Virus record (IMG/VR): IMGVR_UViG_3300047335_000017
Coordinates: 1 to 64,000 of that record
DNA: 64,000 bases
Direction: 5' to 3' (one strand)
Origin: a virus
Translations under genes and position numbers: made by a program
The notes under the pieces: model-generated
The model's input: only the letters and a program-made list of their open reading frames with translations
What the model was told of the DNA's origin: nothing
Databases searched by the model: none
Shown here: positions 28,558 to 35,457 of the stretch, one piece after another
How positions within the stretch are numbered: the first letter of the stretch is position 1
How the letters are laid out: the number at the start of each line of letters is the position of its first letter

Positions 28558-28586
28558 AAGATACTTCAGGCTAACCTCGGTGTAAA
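28558..28586 (-). promoter_or_regulatory. candidate sigma70-type late promoter
   Basis: Minus strand reads TTTACA-17 nt-TATCTT, immediately downstream of the iteron array and upstream of the hairpin/T-tract. Confidence 0.3.
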
Positions 28587-28590
28587 GGGT

Positions 28591-28745
28591 AAAAATCTAA
28601 TTACCCGATTTTTTCTGAAAAATCTAATTACCCGATTTTTTGAAAAATCTAATTACCCGCCGTGTACGAAGCGATTTTAATTACCCGCCGTGTACGAAGC
28701 GATTTTAATTACCCGCCGTGTACGAAGCGATTTTAATTACTGAAT
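28591..28745. repeat. iteron-like direct repeat array (core TAATTACCCG)
   Basis: Core copies start at 28598, 28625, 28650, 28678, 28706 and 28734 (the last is TAATTACTG). There are three ~25-27-bp units (GAAAAATCTAATTACCCGATTTTTT) and three 28-bp units (CCGTGTACGAAGCGATTTTAATTACCCG). An inverted GGGTAAT lies near 28770. Confidence 0.85.
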
Positions 28746-28859
28746 ATTTTTGAAAAATGTTTGTGTGATGGGTAATGCACCCCACCCCATCGTTACAAAA
28801 CCCCCTTCGCACCCGGTCAATCAGAGAAAAGAATTACTCCCCGTGCGTTCGTCTGGCGC

Positions 28860-28880
28860 TGTCTGTCTGTCAGACAGACA
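28860..28880. repeat. perfect 21-bp palindrome
   Basis: TGTCTGTCTG-T-CAGACAGACA in the divergent control region. Confidence 0.8.
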
Positions 28881-28944
28881 CGGCTCGCGAGCGCTCGAGC
28901 CTTGCGCCCGCCGGATTGCGTGAGAAATCGGCGATCTTTGTCGG

Positions 28945-28959
28945 GTTACAGACTGTAAC
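28945..28959. promoter_or_regulatory. GTTAC-N5-GTAAC palindrome, site 1
   Basis: GTTACAGACTGTAAC. Arms extend to CGGGTTACA/TGTAACCCG (28942-28962). It lies 30 nt upstream of the -35 of the early promoter. Confidence 0.7.
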
Positions 28960-28988
28960 CCGCATAACTCATTGATATCTCAGACGAT

Positions 28989-29017
28989 TTGACAGAAACA
29001 AATACCTATGCTATTGT
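28989..29017 (+). promoter_or_regulatory. sigma70-type early promoter
   Basis: TTGACA-17 nt-TATTGT, about 50 nt upstream of the first plus-strand gene. Confidence 0.5.
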
Positions 29018-29067
29018 TTGGTTAGTTGATTGATTGTCAGTCAACGAACAAAGAAAGACTTACTCAC

Positions 29068-29796
29068 ATGGACAACAAGAAAGCCTCTAAGCCCGCTTCC
29101 ATTCTGGTTTCCGACGACGTGAGCGTTGCTCCGATCCAAGCGAAGCCTGAGAGCAATCCAGGCGTTGGCCACAATTCGAGAACCGTTGCGCCGAACATGG
29201 TTCGGCTCGCGATCAATGAAGATGACAACCATATCGCTATGGTGGCGTTGATCAAGGCGGAGGGCGAGTCTCGCGACGATGAGAGCTTGGCTAGTCTCTC
29301 AATGGACTATCGCGTTGGCAAGATGATGAACGCTATGGGAATGAGCGAGGCGATCGCGAGAGCGACGCTACGCAAGGGGAAGTTCATTACCCTCCCTAAC
29401 GCAGACAACGGCGAACGCATGAGCTTAAAAGAGACGCGCATTGACGGCGCGGCGCGAACTGGCTGGTCACGCTTGTTGGATCGCGCGTTCGGAAAGAAGG
29501 AACCGGCGACTAAGACAGATGAGGAGATTGCGGAAGCCAAGGCGAAGAAGATCGAAGCGGCGAAGAAATTGCTCAAGGGAATTTCGACGGAAGCCACCGC
29601 TCCCAAGGCCGCGCCGATCACAGTGGCTTCCCTCATCGTCGAACGTGCCACCACAAAGGATGATGTTGTGAACCACGTGAGCGCGCTTCTTTCCCACATA
29701 CGAGCGTACCAGAAACAAAATGCCAAGCTTTTTATTGGTGATGAGGGCGCGGCTGTTATGGCTTGGCTTCTCGAAGCGCCGAGCTTTGGGAAATAA
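29068..29796 (+). CDS. first early protein, function unknown
   Basis: ATG at 29068 (MDNKKASKPAS...) within the track ORF 29026..29796. It is followed by a palindrome and an intrinsic terminator. Confidence 0.6.
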   Translation: MDNKKASKPASILVSDDVSVAPIQAKPESNPGVGHNSRTVAPNMVRLAINEDDNHIAMVALIKAEGESRDDESLASLSMDYRVGKMMNAMGMSEAIARATLRKGKFITLPNADNGERMSLKETRIDGAARTGWSRLLDRAFGKKEPATKTDEEIAEAKAKKIEAAKKLLKGISTEATAPKAAPITVASLIVERATTKDDVVNHVSALLSHIRAYQKQNAKLFIGDEGAAVMAWLLEAPSFGK

Positions 29797-29811
29797 CTAA
29801 CAACTTCCCAG

Positions 29812-29826
29812 GTTACAATCTGTAAC
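29812..29826. promoter_or_regulatory. GTTAC-N5-GTAAC palindrome, site 2
   Basis: GTTACAATCTGTAAC with 11-bp arms CCCAGGTTACA/TGTAACCTGGG (29807-29831), 11 nt after the stop codon. Confidence 0.7.
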
Positions 29827-29849
29827 CTGGGATTTATTTTATCATACAG

Positions 29850-29877
29850 CCCACGTCCTCGCGACGTGGGTTTTTTT
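29850..29877 (+). terminator. intrinsic terminator
   Basis: CCCACGTC-CTCGC-GACGTGGG followed by TTTTTTT. Confidence 0.7.
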
Positions 29878-30455
29878 GCGTTCGCGCACTCACACGTAAT
29901 GGGCGAGCGCGACGCAACCCGGTGCGCACGCAAGAGTCGAGTGCGGCACAACCCGATTGCAAATCAAATATCATCTGACACGTTGAAACACATGGCTCGG
30001 CAATTCAGTAGTTGTTCGGAAATTGTTGGTCACACATTAACATGGTTTTGCTGTTTGACCGTCGTGGTCTCGGCTAAACCAAGGCTAAGTGTTTGTTGCC
30101 ATCGAATTTTGGTTAGGTAGGTTATTAATGTCTTGTACAAAATAGGTATTCTAACGCGAGCTTTTAACCAGAAGTTGTATTGCTGTTGCTATACACGCAC
30201 ACCAACATGAAAAAAGGTAGCGTATGAAATCGAGTTACTAGGGTTTTATGGCCTACGTAACCAAACCTCGATGCGAGCAAGCACTTACGCGAACCTATTC
30301 CCGGCATCCGAAGACCACGAACGCCGAAACTCGAGACCATTAAGATATCTTAGTGCGCTTACTCGATTGACTTTTGGTGTTCGGTGAGTTACAGCCGAGC
30401 CTCTAATCCCTCTTCAATCTTAACTTTCTGTAAACTCGAAAATGGAGTGTTTGTA

Positions 30456-31226
30456 ATGCGTCCAGGCAAAATTAGAGACCATTGGGTTGATCGTCCCTGC
30501 TATCCGCCCAACAAGCGTCGAGGCGGAAATTTACCACGCAAGCTCATGGACCCTCGCGATCCCACGATCCTATGGACTGAGGACGATCAAGCGTGGGCCG
30601 TTGGCGAGGGTCTATTCATTGCGCGCTCGTGGCAGACCGAGCGAGTGATCCTGGTTACACTGAGTAACAAGCTAGGTTTTCTAGACATCACTGATCCTGA
30701 GAAACGCCAACTCGCTATGTTGGAGCACATTCAACGTCGAGTGCTTTGGTGCGACCCAATGTACGATAAGCTTCTATGGTTTATCGAGCAACAAGATCGC
30801 GAAGGCTATTACCACGCCTGGATGCCTCACATCCGAGAGCGTGATCCAGAACTAGTTTGGTATAAACGATGGTACGCGCGCAAGCGCGCGGCTCACGGCG
30901 TTCACACGATCTATTATGGCGAGCGCATCGAACGAGAGCGTGAACGGAGGCGGAAGATATCCGAAGCCGCCAAGCGGCCAAAGCCAGGGCTGGGATGCCC
31001 AGCGAGCGCTCTAGCGCCGGCTACGGTGGCCTTCCTGCAACGCTCCCAAGCCTTGGCTGCTGGCGAGCTTCTACAGCGCCAGGAAGAGCGCTCGCGTCGA
31101 GAGGCCAAGGATCGCGAGTTGGCCGAGCGCGATGCGGTGTTCAGGCGCAAGGAAGCAAACAAGCGATACTATGAGAAGCGCAAGCAGGCGATGGCCCGCG
31201 CCCGAGCGCTAGGCCAAGCGCGCTAA
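30456..31226 (+). CDS. early protein, function unknown (basic helical C-terminus)
   Basis: ATG at 30456 lies 8 nt after GGAG. 256 aa, with an Arg/Lys/Glu-rich C-terminal third. Confidence 0.55.
   Translation: MRPGKIRDHWVDRPCYPPNKRRGGNLPRKLMDPRDPTILWTEDDQAWAVGEGLFIARSWQTERVILVTLSNKLGFLDITDPEKRQLAMLEHIQRRVLWCDPMYDKLLWFIEQQDREGYYHAWMPHIRERDPELVWYKRWYARKRAAHGVHTIYYGERIERERERRRKISEAAKRPKPGLGCPASALAPATVAFLQRSQALAAGELLQRQEERSRREAKDRELAERDAVFRRKEANKRYYEKRKQAMARARALGQAR
30654..30668. promoter_or_regulatory. GTTAC-N5-GTAAC palindrome, site 3 (intragenic, relaxed)
   Basis: GTTACACTGAGTAAC inside 30456..31226. Confidence 0.45.
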
Positions 31227-31276
31227 AAGAGCGAGACGGCGAAACTCTAATCGCATCTCTCGACCAAATCTCTCGC

Positions 31277-31305
31277 TTGACAAGAACATTATTCTGGTGT
31301 ATAAT
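31277..31305 (+). promoter_or_regulatory. consensus sigma70 promoter
   Basis: TTGACA-17 nt-TATAAT, a perfect match to both hexamers, in the gap after 30456..31226. Confidence 0.65.
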
Positions 31306-31352
31306 AATAGCTTGGCTGGATGGGTAAGTGATCCAGTCGAACTCACTCACGT

Positions 31353-31367
31353 GTTACAGGATGTAAC
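31353..31367. promoter_or_regulatory. GTTAC-N5-GTAAC palindrome, site 4
   Basis: GTTACAGGATGTAAC, about 40-55 nt downstream of the predicted start site of the consensus promoter. Confidence 0.7.
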
Positions 31368-31397
31368 CCAGATGTCCCTTCAAGATACATCTCTCTC

Positions 31398-31467
31398 CCT
31401 CTTGCGCGAGCGCTTCGCGCCGCGCGTCACCTGGAAAACCGCCGGGCGAAGCCTCGGCGCAAGAGAG
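31398..31467. repeat. GC-hairpin palindromic element, full-length copy with a variant left stem
   Basis: CCTCTTGCGCGAGCGCTTCGCGCCGCGCGTCACCTGGAAAACCGCCGGGCGAAGCCTCGGCGCAAGAGAG. Confidence 0.85.
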
Positions 31468-31499
31468 TTGTGCGAAGCGCTCGCCGGAGGCATATAGGA

Positions 31500-31754
31500 A
31501 TGTCCCGTCTTTCCCAACTCTTGCGCGAGATCGAGATGCGACAGATCGAAAACGCGCGGCGCGAAGCGCTCGCGCAAGAGAGTCGTGCTTGGCTCTCGGG
31601 CATCGTCGAAGCCGTGCCTGTTACGAGATGTAACCCGGCGCAAAGCGCTGATGACCCGCTCGCCTTGGATTACGAACATCGTCCTCTCACAACCAACTAT
31701 CTGATCTCCCAGAGAGACCAGATCGGCGTAACCCGAGCGAAGCGAGGAAAGTAA
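31500..31754 (+). CDS. small early protein, function unknown
   Basis: ATG at 31500 lies 9 nt after GGAGG. 84 aa. Confidence 0.45.
   Translation: MSRLSQLLREIEMRQIENARREALAQESRAWLSGIVEAVPVTRCNPAQSADDPLALDYEHRPLTTNYLISQRDQIGVTRAKRGK
31620..31634. promoter_or_regulatory. GTTAC-N5-GTAAC palindrome, site 5 (intragenic, relaxed)
   Basis: GTTACGAGATGTAAC inside 31500..31754. Confidence 0.45.
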
Positions 31755-31755
31755 G

Positions 31756-31845
31756 ATGGTTGAGCAACTGACCAAGGTGATCCTGACAAGCTCGCTGCTC
31801 ATGCTCGTTGGGTTCGGCGCGCTGGTTATCATCTTCGGTGGATGA
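31756..31845 (+). CDS. possible 29-aa hydrophobic micropeptide
   Basis: Own translation: MVEQLTKVILTSSLLMLVGFGALVIIFGG. GAGGAAAG lies 5 nt upstream. The ATG follows the stop of the previous gene by 1 nt. It is too short to appear in the ORF track. Confidence 0.35.
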   Translation: MVEQLTKVILTSSLLMLVGFGALVIIFGG

Positions 31846-31848
31846 TGG

Positions 31849-31863
31849 GTTACAATCTGTAAC
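31849..31863. promoter_or_regulatory. GTTAC-N5-GTAAC palindrome, site 6
   Basis: GTTACAATCTGTAAC (GGTTACA/TGTAACC), 52 nt upstream of the ATG at 31916. Confidence 0.7.
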
Positions 31864-31882
31864 CAACCAACACTCAACCCAT

Positions 31883-31913
31883 GACGCCCGGCGCGAAGCC
31901 TCGGCGCAAAGAG
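31883..31913. repeat. half copy of the GC-hairpin element
   Basis: GACGCCCGGCGCGAAGCCTCGGCGCAAAGAG, a degenerate right arm ending 2 nt before the ATG at 31916. Confidence 0.6.
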
Positions 31914-31915
31914 AT

Positions 31916-33052
31916 ATGGAGAAACAAACGATGCATTCTTGCGAACCCAACTTCCCAAGCATCCGCTCATACGCCGAAGCCAACGAGTTCCTGGCCAAAG
32001 CCAAGCCGTTCCCCGAAACCAAGGGAGAAGGCGAGACTCATCCGCGTCGGCTCGAGGCCACGCGCAAGCGCCACATGAGCATTCGCCTTCTCGCGCCGCA
32101 TGAGCTCGAGAAGGTCTACGTCGAGACTTTCGGCGAGAAGGGATACGATAAGCGCGTTCACACCGATCAATCGCGCCTCAACCTCGAGGCGAACAAGGGC
32201 CTGAGGCATATCGCGTTCAAGCTCTACTCCACCGATGTGGTCGTATGGCGCGAAGACGAGACGGTGATCTTCGATCCCCACGTGTCGAAATCGACGAACG
32301 CTTTCGTCCGCAATTGCACGCCCCATGGCTTGCTGACGCATTGGGAAGATCGGGCCTGCCTCGTGGGCTGCTTCACGGGCAAGCGCAAGCCCTACAAGTG
32401 GTCCACCGAGACCTATCCCACGTTCGATCGCTATTACCGGGTGGCCCCGAGCGCTCGCGCGGCTTTTAAGCGTGGCCCAGCAGTCCATGAGACCGCCGGG
32501 CGAAGCCTCGGCGCAAGAGGGAGACCGAAGGGCTCGGGCCAGGAGGGAGGGGGAGAGGAAGCCTACTGGTGGCCGTTGGGCGGTATCGAGCCCTGGGATA
32601 GCCTCCAGGTCGATCGGAAGGCAGCCAGGGCTGCCCTGAGAGCCCATGGCTGGCACGACTTCGAGCTTTGGGCCATCGGCTATTGCACCATGACGAAGCG
32701 CAACTACAAGGCCAAGGCCAAGGGGAGGCTAGAGACGAGCGAGATCATGGAAATCCTCGAGGATCGCGAGAAGTGGCCCATCATGGCCAGCTCGGATTGG
32801 CCCGACATGCCCGATGAATTCTATCGGGGCCATGGCTTCGGCGCGCTCCACAATGACAACCTCGTCGAGAGGATGGCCAACGATCCGCTGTACATCAACA
32901 AGCTTCATGCGCGGCGTCTCGCGCAGCGAGTGAAACTCGCGATCTACGAGAAAGAGAGATGTGTTACAATCTGTAACCGGGACTTCCTACCGTCCTATGC
33001 GGCGGTGAAGTCTCACTTCGCTTCGCATGAGAAGTATAGTTGGAGGGTTTGA
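31916..33052 (+). CDS. early protein, function unknown, with an in-frame repeat-element copy
   Basis: ATG at 31916 (MEKQTMHSCEPNF...), 378 aa. It contains the element at 32491-32540 and palindrome site 7. Confidence 0.55.
   Translation: MEKQTMHSCEPNFPSIRSYAEANEFLAKAKPFPETKGEGETHPRRLEATRKRHMSIRLLAPHELEKVYVETFGEKGYDKRVHTDQSRLNLEANKGLRHIAFKLYSTDVVVWREDETVIFDPHVSKSTNAFVRNCTPHGLLTHWEDRACLVGCFTGKRKPYKWSTETYPTFDRYYRVAPSARAAFKRGPAVHETAGRSLGARGRPKGSGQEGGGEEAYWWPLGGIEPWDSLQVDRKAARAALRAHGWHDFELWAIGYCTMTKRNYKAKAKGRLETSEIMEILEDREKWPIMASSDWPDMPDEFYRGHGFGALHNDNLVERMANDPLYINKLHARRLAQRVKLAIYEKERCVTICNRDFLPSYAAVKSHFASHEKYSWRV
32491..32540. repeat. GC-hairpin element copy inside an ORF
   Basis: GACCGCCGGGCGAAGCCTCGGCGCAAGAGGGAGACCGAAGGGCTCGGGCC, read in frame as TAGRSLGARGRPKGSG. 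Confidence 0.8.
32963..32977. promoter_or_regulatory. GTTAC-N5-GTAAC palindrome, site 7 (intragenic)
   Basis: GTTACAATCTGTAAC, encoding ..CVTICN.. near the 3' end of 31916..33052. Confidence 0.6.
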
Positions 33053-33119
33053 TGGGAATAGAACTGTTCGTGGCGCTGGTTATCCTTGGCGTCCTATGGA
33101 TTTGGTCGGAGGGTGGTTG

Positions 33120-33377
33120 ATGAAATACCCTGACTTTGTTTGGACTAAAGCCGAAAAAGACAAGGCTTTTTCAGATGGATGGAAGTTCGTATGGTTGAAT
33201 AACAAATTCCTGGCTGTTCTTAGAGTTTTGGATGAATTCCCCGCCCATGGTGACAAGAGAGCCAGTCCTGAACAAACCATATCTGATAAAGCGGCCGAAG
33301 GCGATCCGCTTTATGAAAAAGCTTGGGCGATTATCGTCAAGCACAAGATGATGAAACTTTACTGGGATGGAGACTGA
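33120..33377 (+). CDS. small early protein, function unknown
   Basis: ATG at 33120 (MKYPDFVW...) is preceded by GGAGGG. Confidence 0.5.
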   Translation: MKYPDFVWTKAEKDKAFSDGWKFVWLNNKFLAVLRVLDEFPAHGDKRASPEQTISDKAAEGDPLYEKAWAIIVKHKMMKLYWDGD

Positions 33378-33380
33378 CTC

Positions 33381-34115
33381 ATGAGATTTCCGACATTCGA
33401 CATGAAGCTCGCGCTATGGGACGAATGGCACGACTTCTTCATTCCGCATGGCTCGACCAATAACTATCAGGTCGGGCATTCCGCGCCGTTCATCCAGTTC
33501 AATAGCGGAGAGTTGATCGTCAACAATCGTGGCTTCGATCCCAACATACGCAAGAGGTATCCCGACCTGAACGTGCGCATCGTCGCGACCACGGACTACG
33601 ACTGCCCGACGCTCACTCGCGTCGGCGAGACCAAGCCCATACCCAAGTCTCATCTCAACCATCGAGGCCAACAGATACTCTTGGTTGATGAAGACCAAGG
33701 CATAGCTGTTGGCTTGTTCAAAGACAAGCGCGGCGAGCTGGATTTCAGAAGGGAGACCATGCCTCAGAGGTTCCTCGATCGCAAAGTCGCCGCCTATTAC
33801 GCCGGGGAAAACCGCGAGCCCATCGGGCATCCGATCATCCTGGAGTACGCCCCTCCGTTAACCAACGAACAGAAGGAACACATTCACGATCTCACCATGG
33901 CTTGCGAGACATGGATGCAGATGTCCACGGACCCCAATCATATCAAGCTCTGGGACAAAAAGAGTAACAACCTTCACGCGGTGCCCATATCCATGCCCGA
34001 AGCCATGAAATATACGTTCGCCAGCTTGGATGACAAAAAGCGTGAGCAGATCGCGCTTCAAAGATTGGATCGGGGAACCCAGATCGAAGTTCTGGATAAA
34101 GTCCTGGTTCGCTAA
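33381..34115 (+). CDS. early protein, function unknown
   Basis: 244-aa ORF starting 3 nt after the previous stop. Confidence 0.6.
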   Translation: MRFPTFDMKLALWDEWHDFFIPHGSTNNYQVGHSAPFIQFNSGELIVNNRGFDPNIRKRYPDLNVRIVATTDYDCPTLTRVGETKPIPKSHLNHRGQQILLVDEDQGIAVGLFKDKRGELDFRRETMPQRFLDRKVAAYYAGENREPIGHPIILEYAPPLTNEQKEHIHDLTMACETWMQMSTDPNHIKLWDKKSNNLHAVPISMPEAMKYTFASLDDKKREQIALQRLDRGTQIEVLDKVLVR

Positions 34116-34119
34116 CCAT

Positions 34120-34290
34120 ACTCCCCCTTGGCCCGAGACTTTCCTCTTGCGCCGAGGCTTCGCCCGGCGGTTTGGATTTGCCCGGCGCGAAGGGCTCGGG
34201 AGTTACATCCTGTAACACACTCCCCCTTGGCCCGAGCCCTTCGGGCCGGACGTCACCTGAAAAACGCGCGGCGCAAAGCGCTCGCGCAAA
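34120..34290. repeat. two GC-hairpin elements in opposite orientation flanking a GTTACA palindrome (nested arrangement)
   Basis: The 18-bp direct repeat ACTCCCCCTTGGCCCGAG occurs at 34120-34137 and 34219-34236. An inverted element lies at about 34141-34200 and a forward element at 34219-34290, whose right hairpin is GCGCGGCGC-AAA-GCGC[T]CGCGC. Confidence 0.85.
34202..34216. promoter_or_regulatory. GTTAC-N5-GTAAC palindrome, site 8
   Basis: GTTACATCCTGTAAC, sandwiched between the two repeat elements. Confidence 0.7.
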
Positions 34291-34312
34291 AAAAAACAAG
34301 AGAGACTAATTT

Positions 34313-35392
34313 ATGCGCAAGCTTACGATAGCCCAGATGCAGGAAGCCGTCACGCAACTCGTCATCCGCATGAACAAGCGGGTGATCTTCAAAGGAAGAT
34401 TTGGTATCGGCAAGAGCGCGGGGATCAACCTCGCGGCTGCCGCTCTCAATTCCCCCGAGGCGCTGAAGGCGCTCTTGGGTGACGACTGCCCCTACGTGGG
34501 CTGCCAAGTGATCGACATTCGCTTGGGACAGTACGATAGCGTGGACTTGCGGGGCTTCCCGCATCCCGACAAGGCTAGCGGCACGGCGATCTGGTATCCA
34601 CCGGCTACGTTTCCCTTCATCGGGAACGACAACTTCCGATCCGACATTCTCTACCTCGTGTTCCTCGACGAGTTCACGTCGGCGAGCACCGCGGTGTTCG
34701 CGGTCTGCTATCAGTTGATCCTGGACAATTGCATCGGCGAGCATGTCGTGATGGACAACGTTCGCATCTGCATGGCTGGCAACCTGGATGACGACAAGGG
34801 CGTCGTCAACAAGATACCCATGCCTCTCTACAATCGCATGGTCCAGTTCGAGGTTGTGAACCCCAAGGACGACTTCTGCTTCCATGCGCAAGCCGTAGGC
34901 ATCCCGCCGATGTTCATCGCTCTATGGAACTTCAAGGAGAACCTGATCAACACCTACGATCCCAAGAGCACGGCCACCGTGGTTGCGACGCAGAGATCGT
35001 GGTTCGAAGCAGTGAGCATCTTCCAGGACGTCAAGCTGACCTACGATCTGAAAGAAGCCGCCATGGTTGGCTGCATCGGCGAAGGTCCGACAACCGAGAC
35101 CATGGCCTTCAATGAGATATGGAAGACGCTGATACCGATCAAGGAAATCATCAAGGACCCCGAGAGCGTGGCGCTACCTACTGAACCGTCGCTCAAGTTC
35201 GCGATGGCGATGCACATTTCGGGCAACATGACGCCCAAGAACATAGGTCAGCTCTACAAGTACCTCGTGCGCATGCCGCCCGAGTTCGTGGTTATGAGTT
35301 GGCAGCTTGCCACAGAGCGAGATAAGAACCTGTTCAATGTTCCCGCGTTCATCGACTACATGAAGCGTTACCGGGATGTCTATACGAACTGA
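34313..35392 (+). CDS. MoxR-like AAA+ ATPase
   Basis: 359 aa with Walker A GRFGIGKS and Walker B LVFLDEF. Overall it resembles AAA_5/MoxR ATPases, which are usually paired with VWA proteins. Confidence 0.7.
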   Translation: MRKLTIAQMQEAVTQLVIRMNKRVIFKGRFGIGKSAGINLAAAALNSPEALKALLGDDCPYVGCQVIDIRLGQYDSVDLRGFPHPDKASGTAIWYPPATFPFIGNDNFRSDILYLVFLDEFTSASTAVFAVCYQLILDNCIGEHVVMDNVRICMAGNLDDDKGVVNKIPMPLYNRMVQFEVVNPKDDFCFHAQAVGIPPMFIALWNFKENLINTYDPKSTATVVATQRSWFEAVSIFQDVKLTYDLKEAAMVGCIGEGPTTETMAFNEIWKTLIPIKEIIKDPESVALPTEPSLKFAMAMHISGNMTPKNIGQLYKYLVRMPPEFVVMSWQLATERDKNLFNVPAFIDYMKRYRDVYTN

Positions 35393-35415
35393 GCATCACT
35401 GTTGACTTGACCAGT

Positions 35416-35430
35416 GTTACATGATGTAAC
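35416..35430. promoter_or_regulatory. GTTAC-N5-GTAAC palindrome, site 9
   Basis: GTTACATGATGTAAC with 11-bp arms CCAGTGTTACA/TGTAACACTGG (35411-35435). It ends 28 nt before the ATG at 35458. TTGACT lies at 35402-35407. Confidence 0.7.
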
Positions 35431-35457
35431 ACTGGTCTCACTTATGGAGTATCACTT

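Noticed and set aside
28591-28745. CRISPR array
   Set aside because: The repeats are contiguous with no unique spacers, the units are 25-28 bp, and there are no cas genes.
28945-28959. LexA/SOS box interpretation of GTTACA-N3-TGTAAC
   Set aside because: The known LexA motifs I can recall (CTGT-N8-ACAG, GAAC-N4-GTTC, GTTC-N7-GTTC, TTAC-N3-GTAA) differ in spacing or half-site. Here the TTAC/GTAA halves are 5 nt apart.
29878-30455. tRNA or other structured RNA gene in the non-coding island
   Set aside because: I could not find an acceptor-stem/T-arm arrangement or a strong conserved hairpin by eye. A covariance-model scan would be needed.
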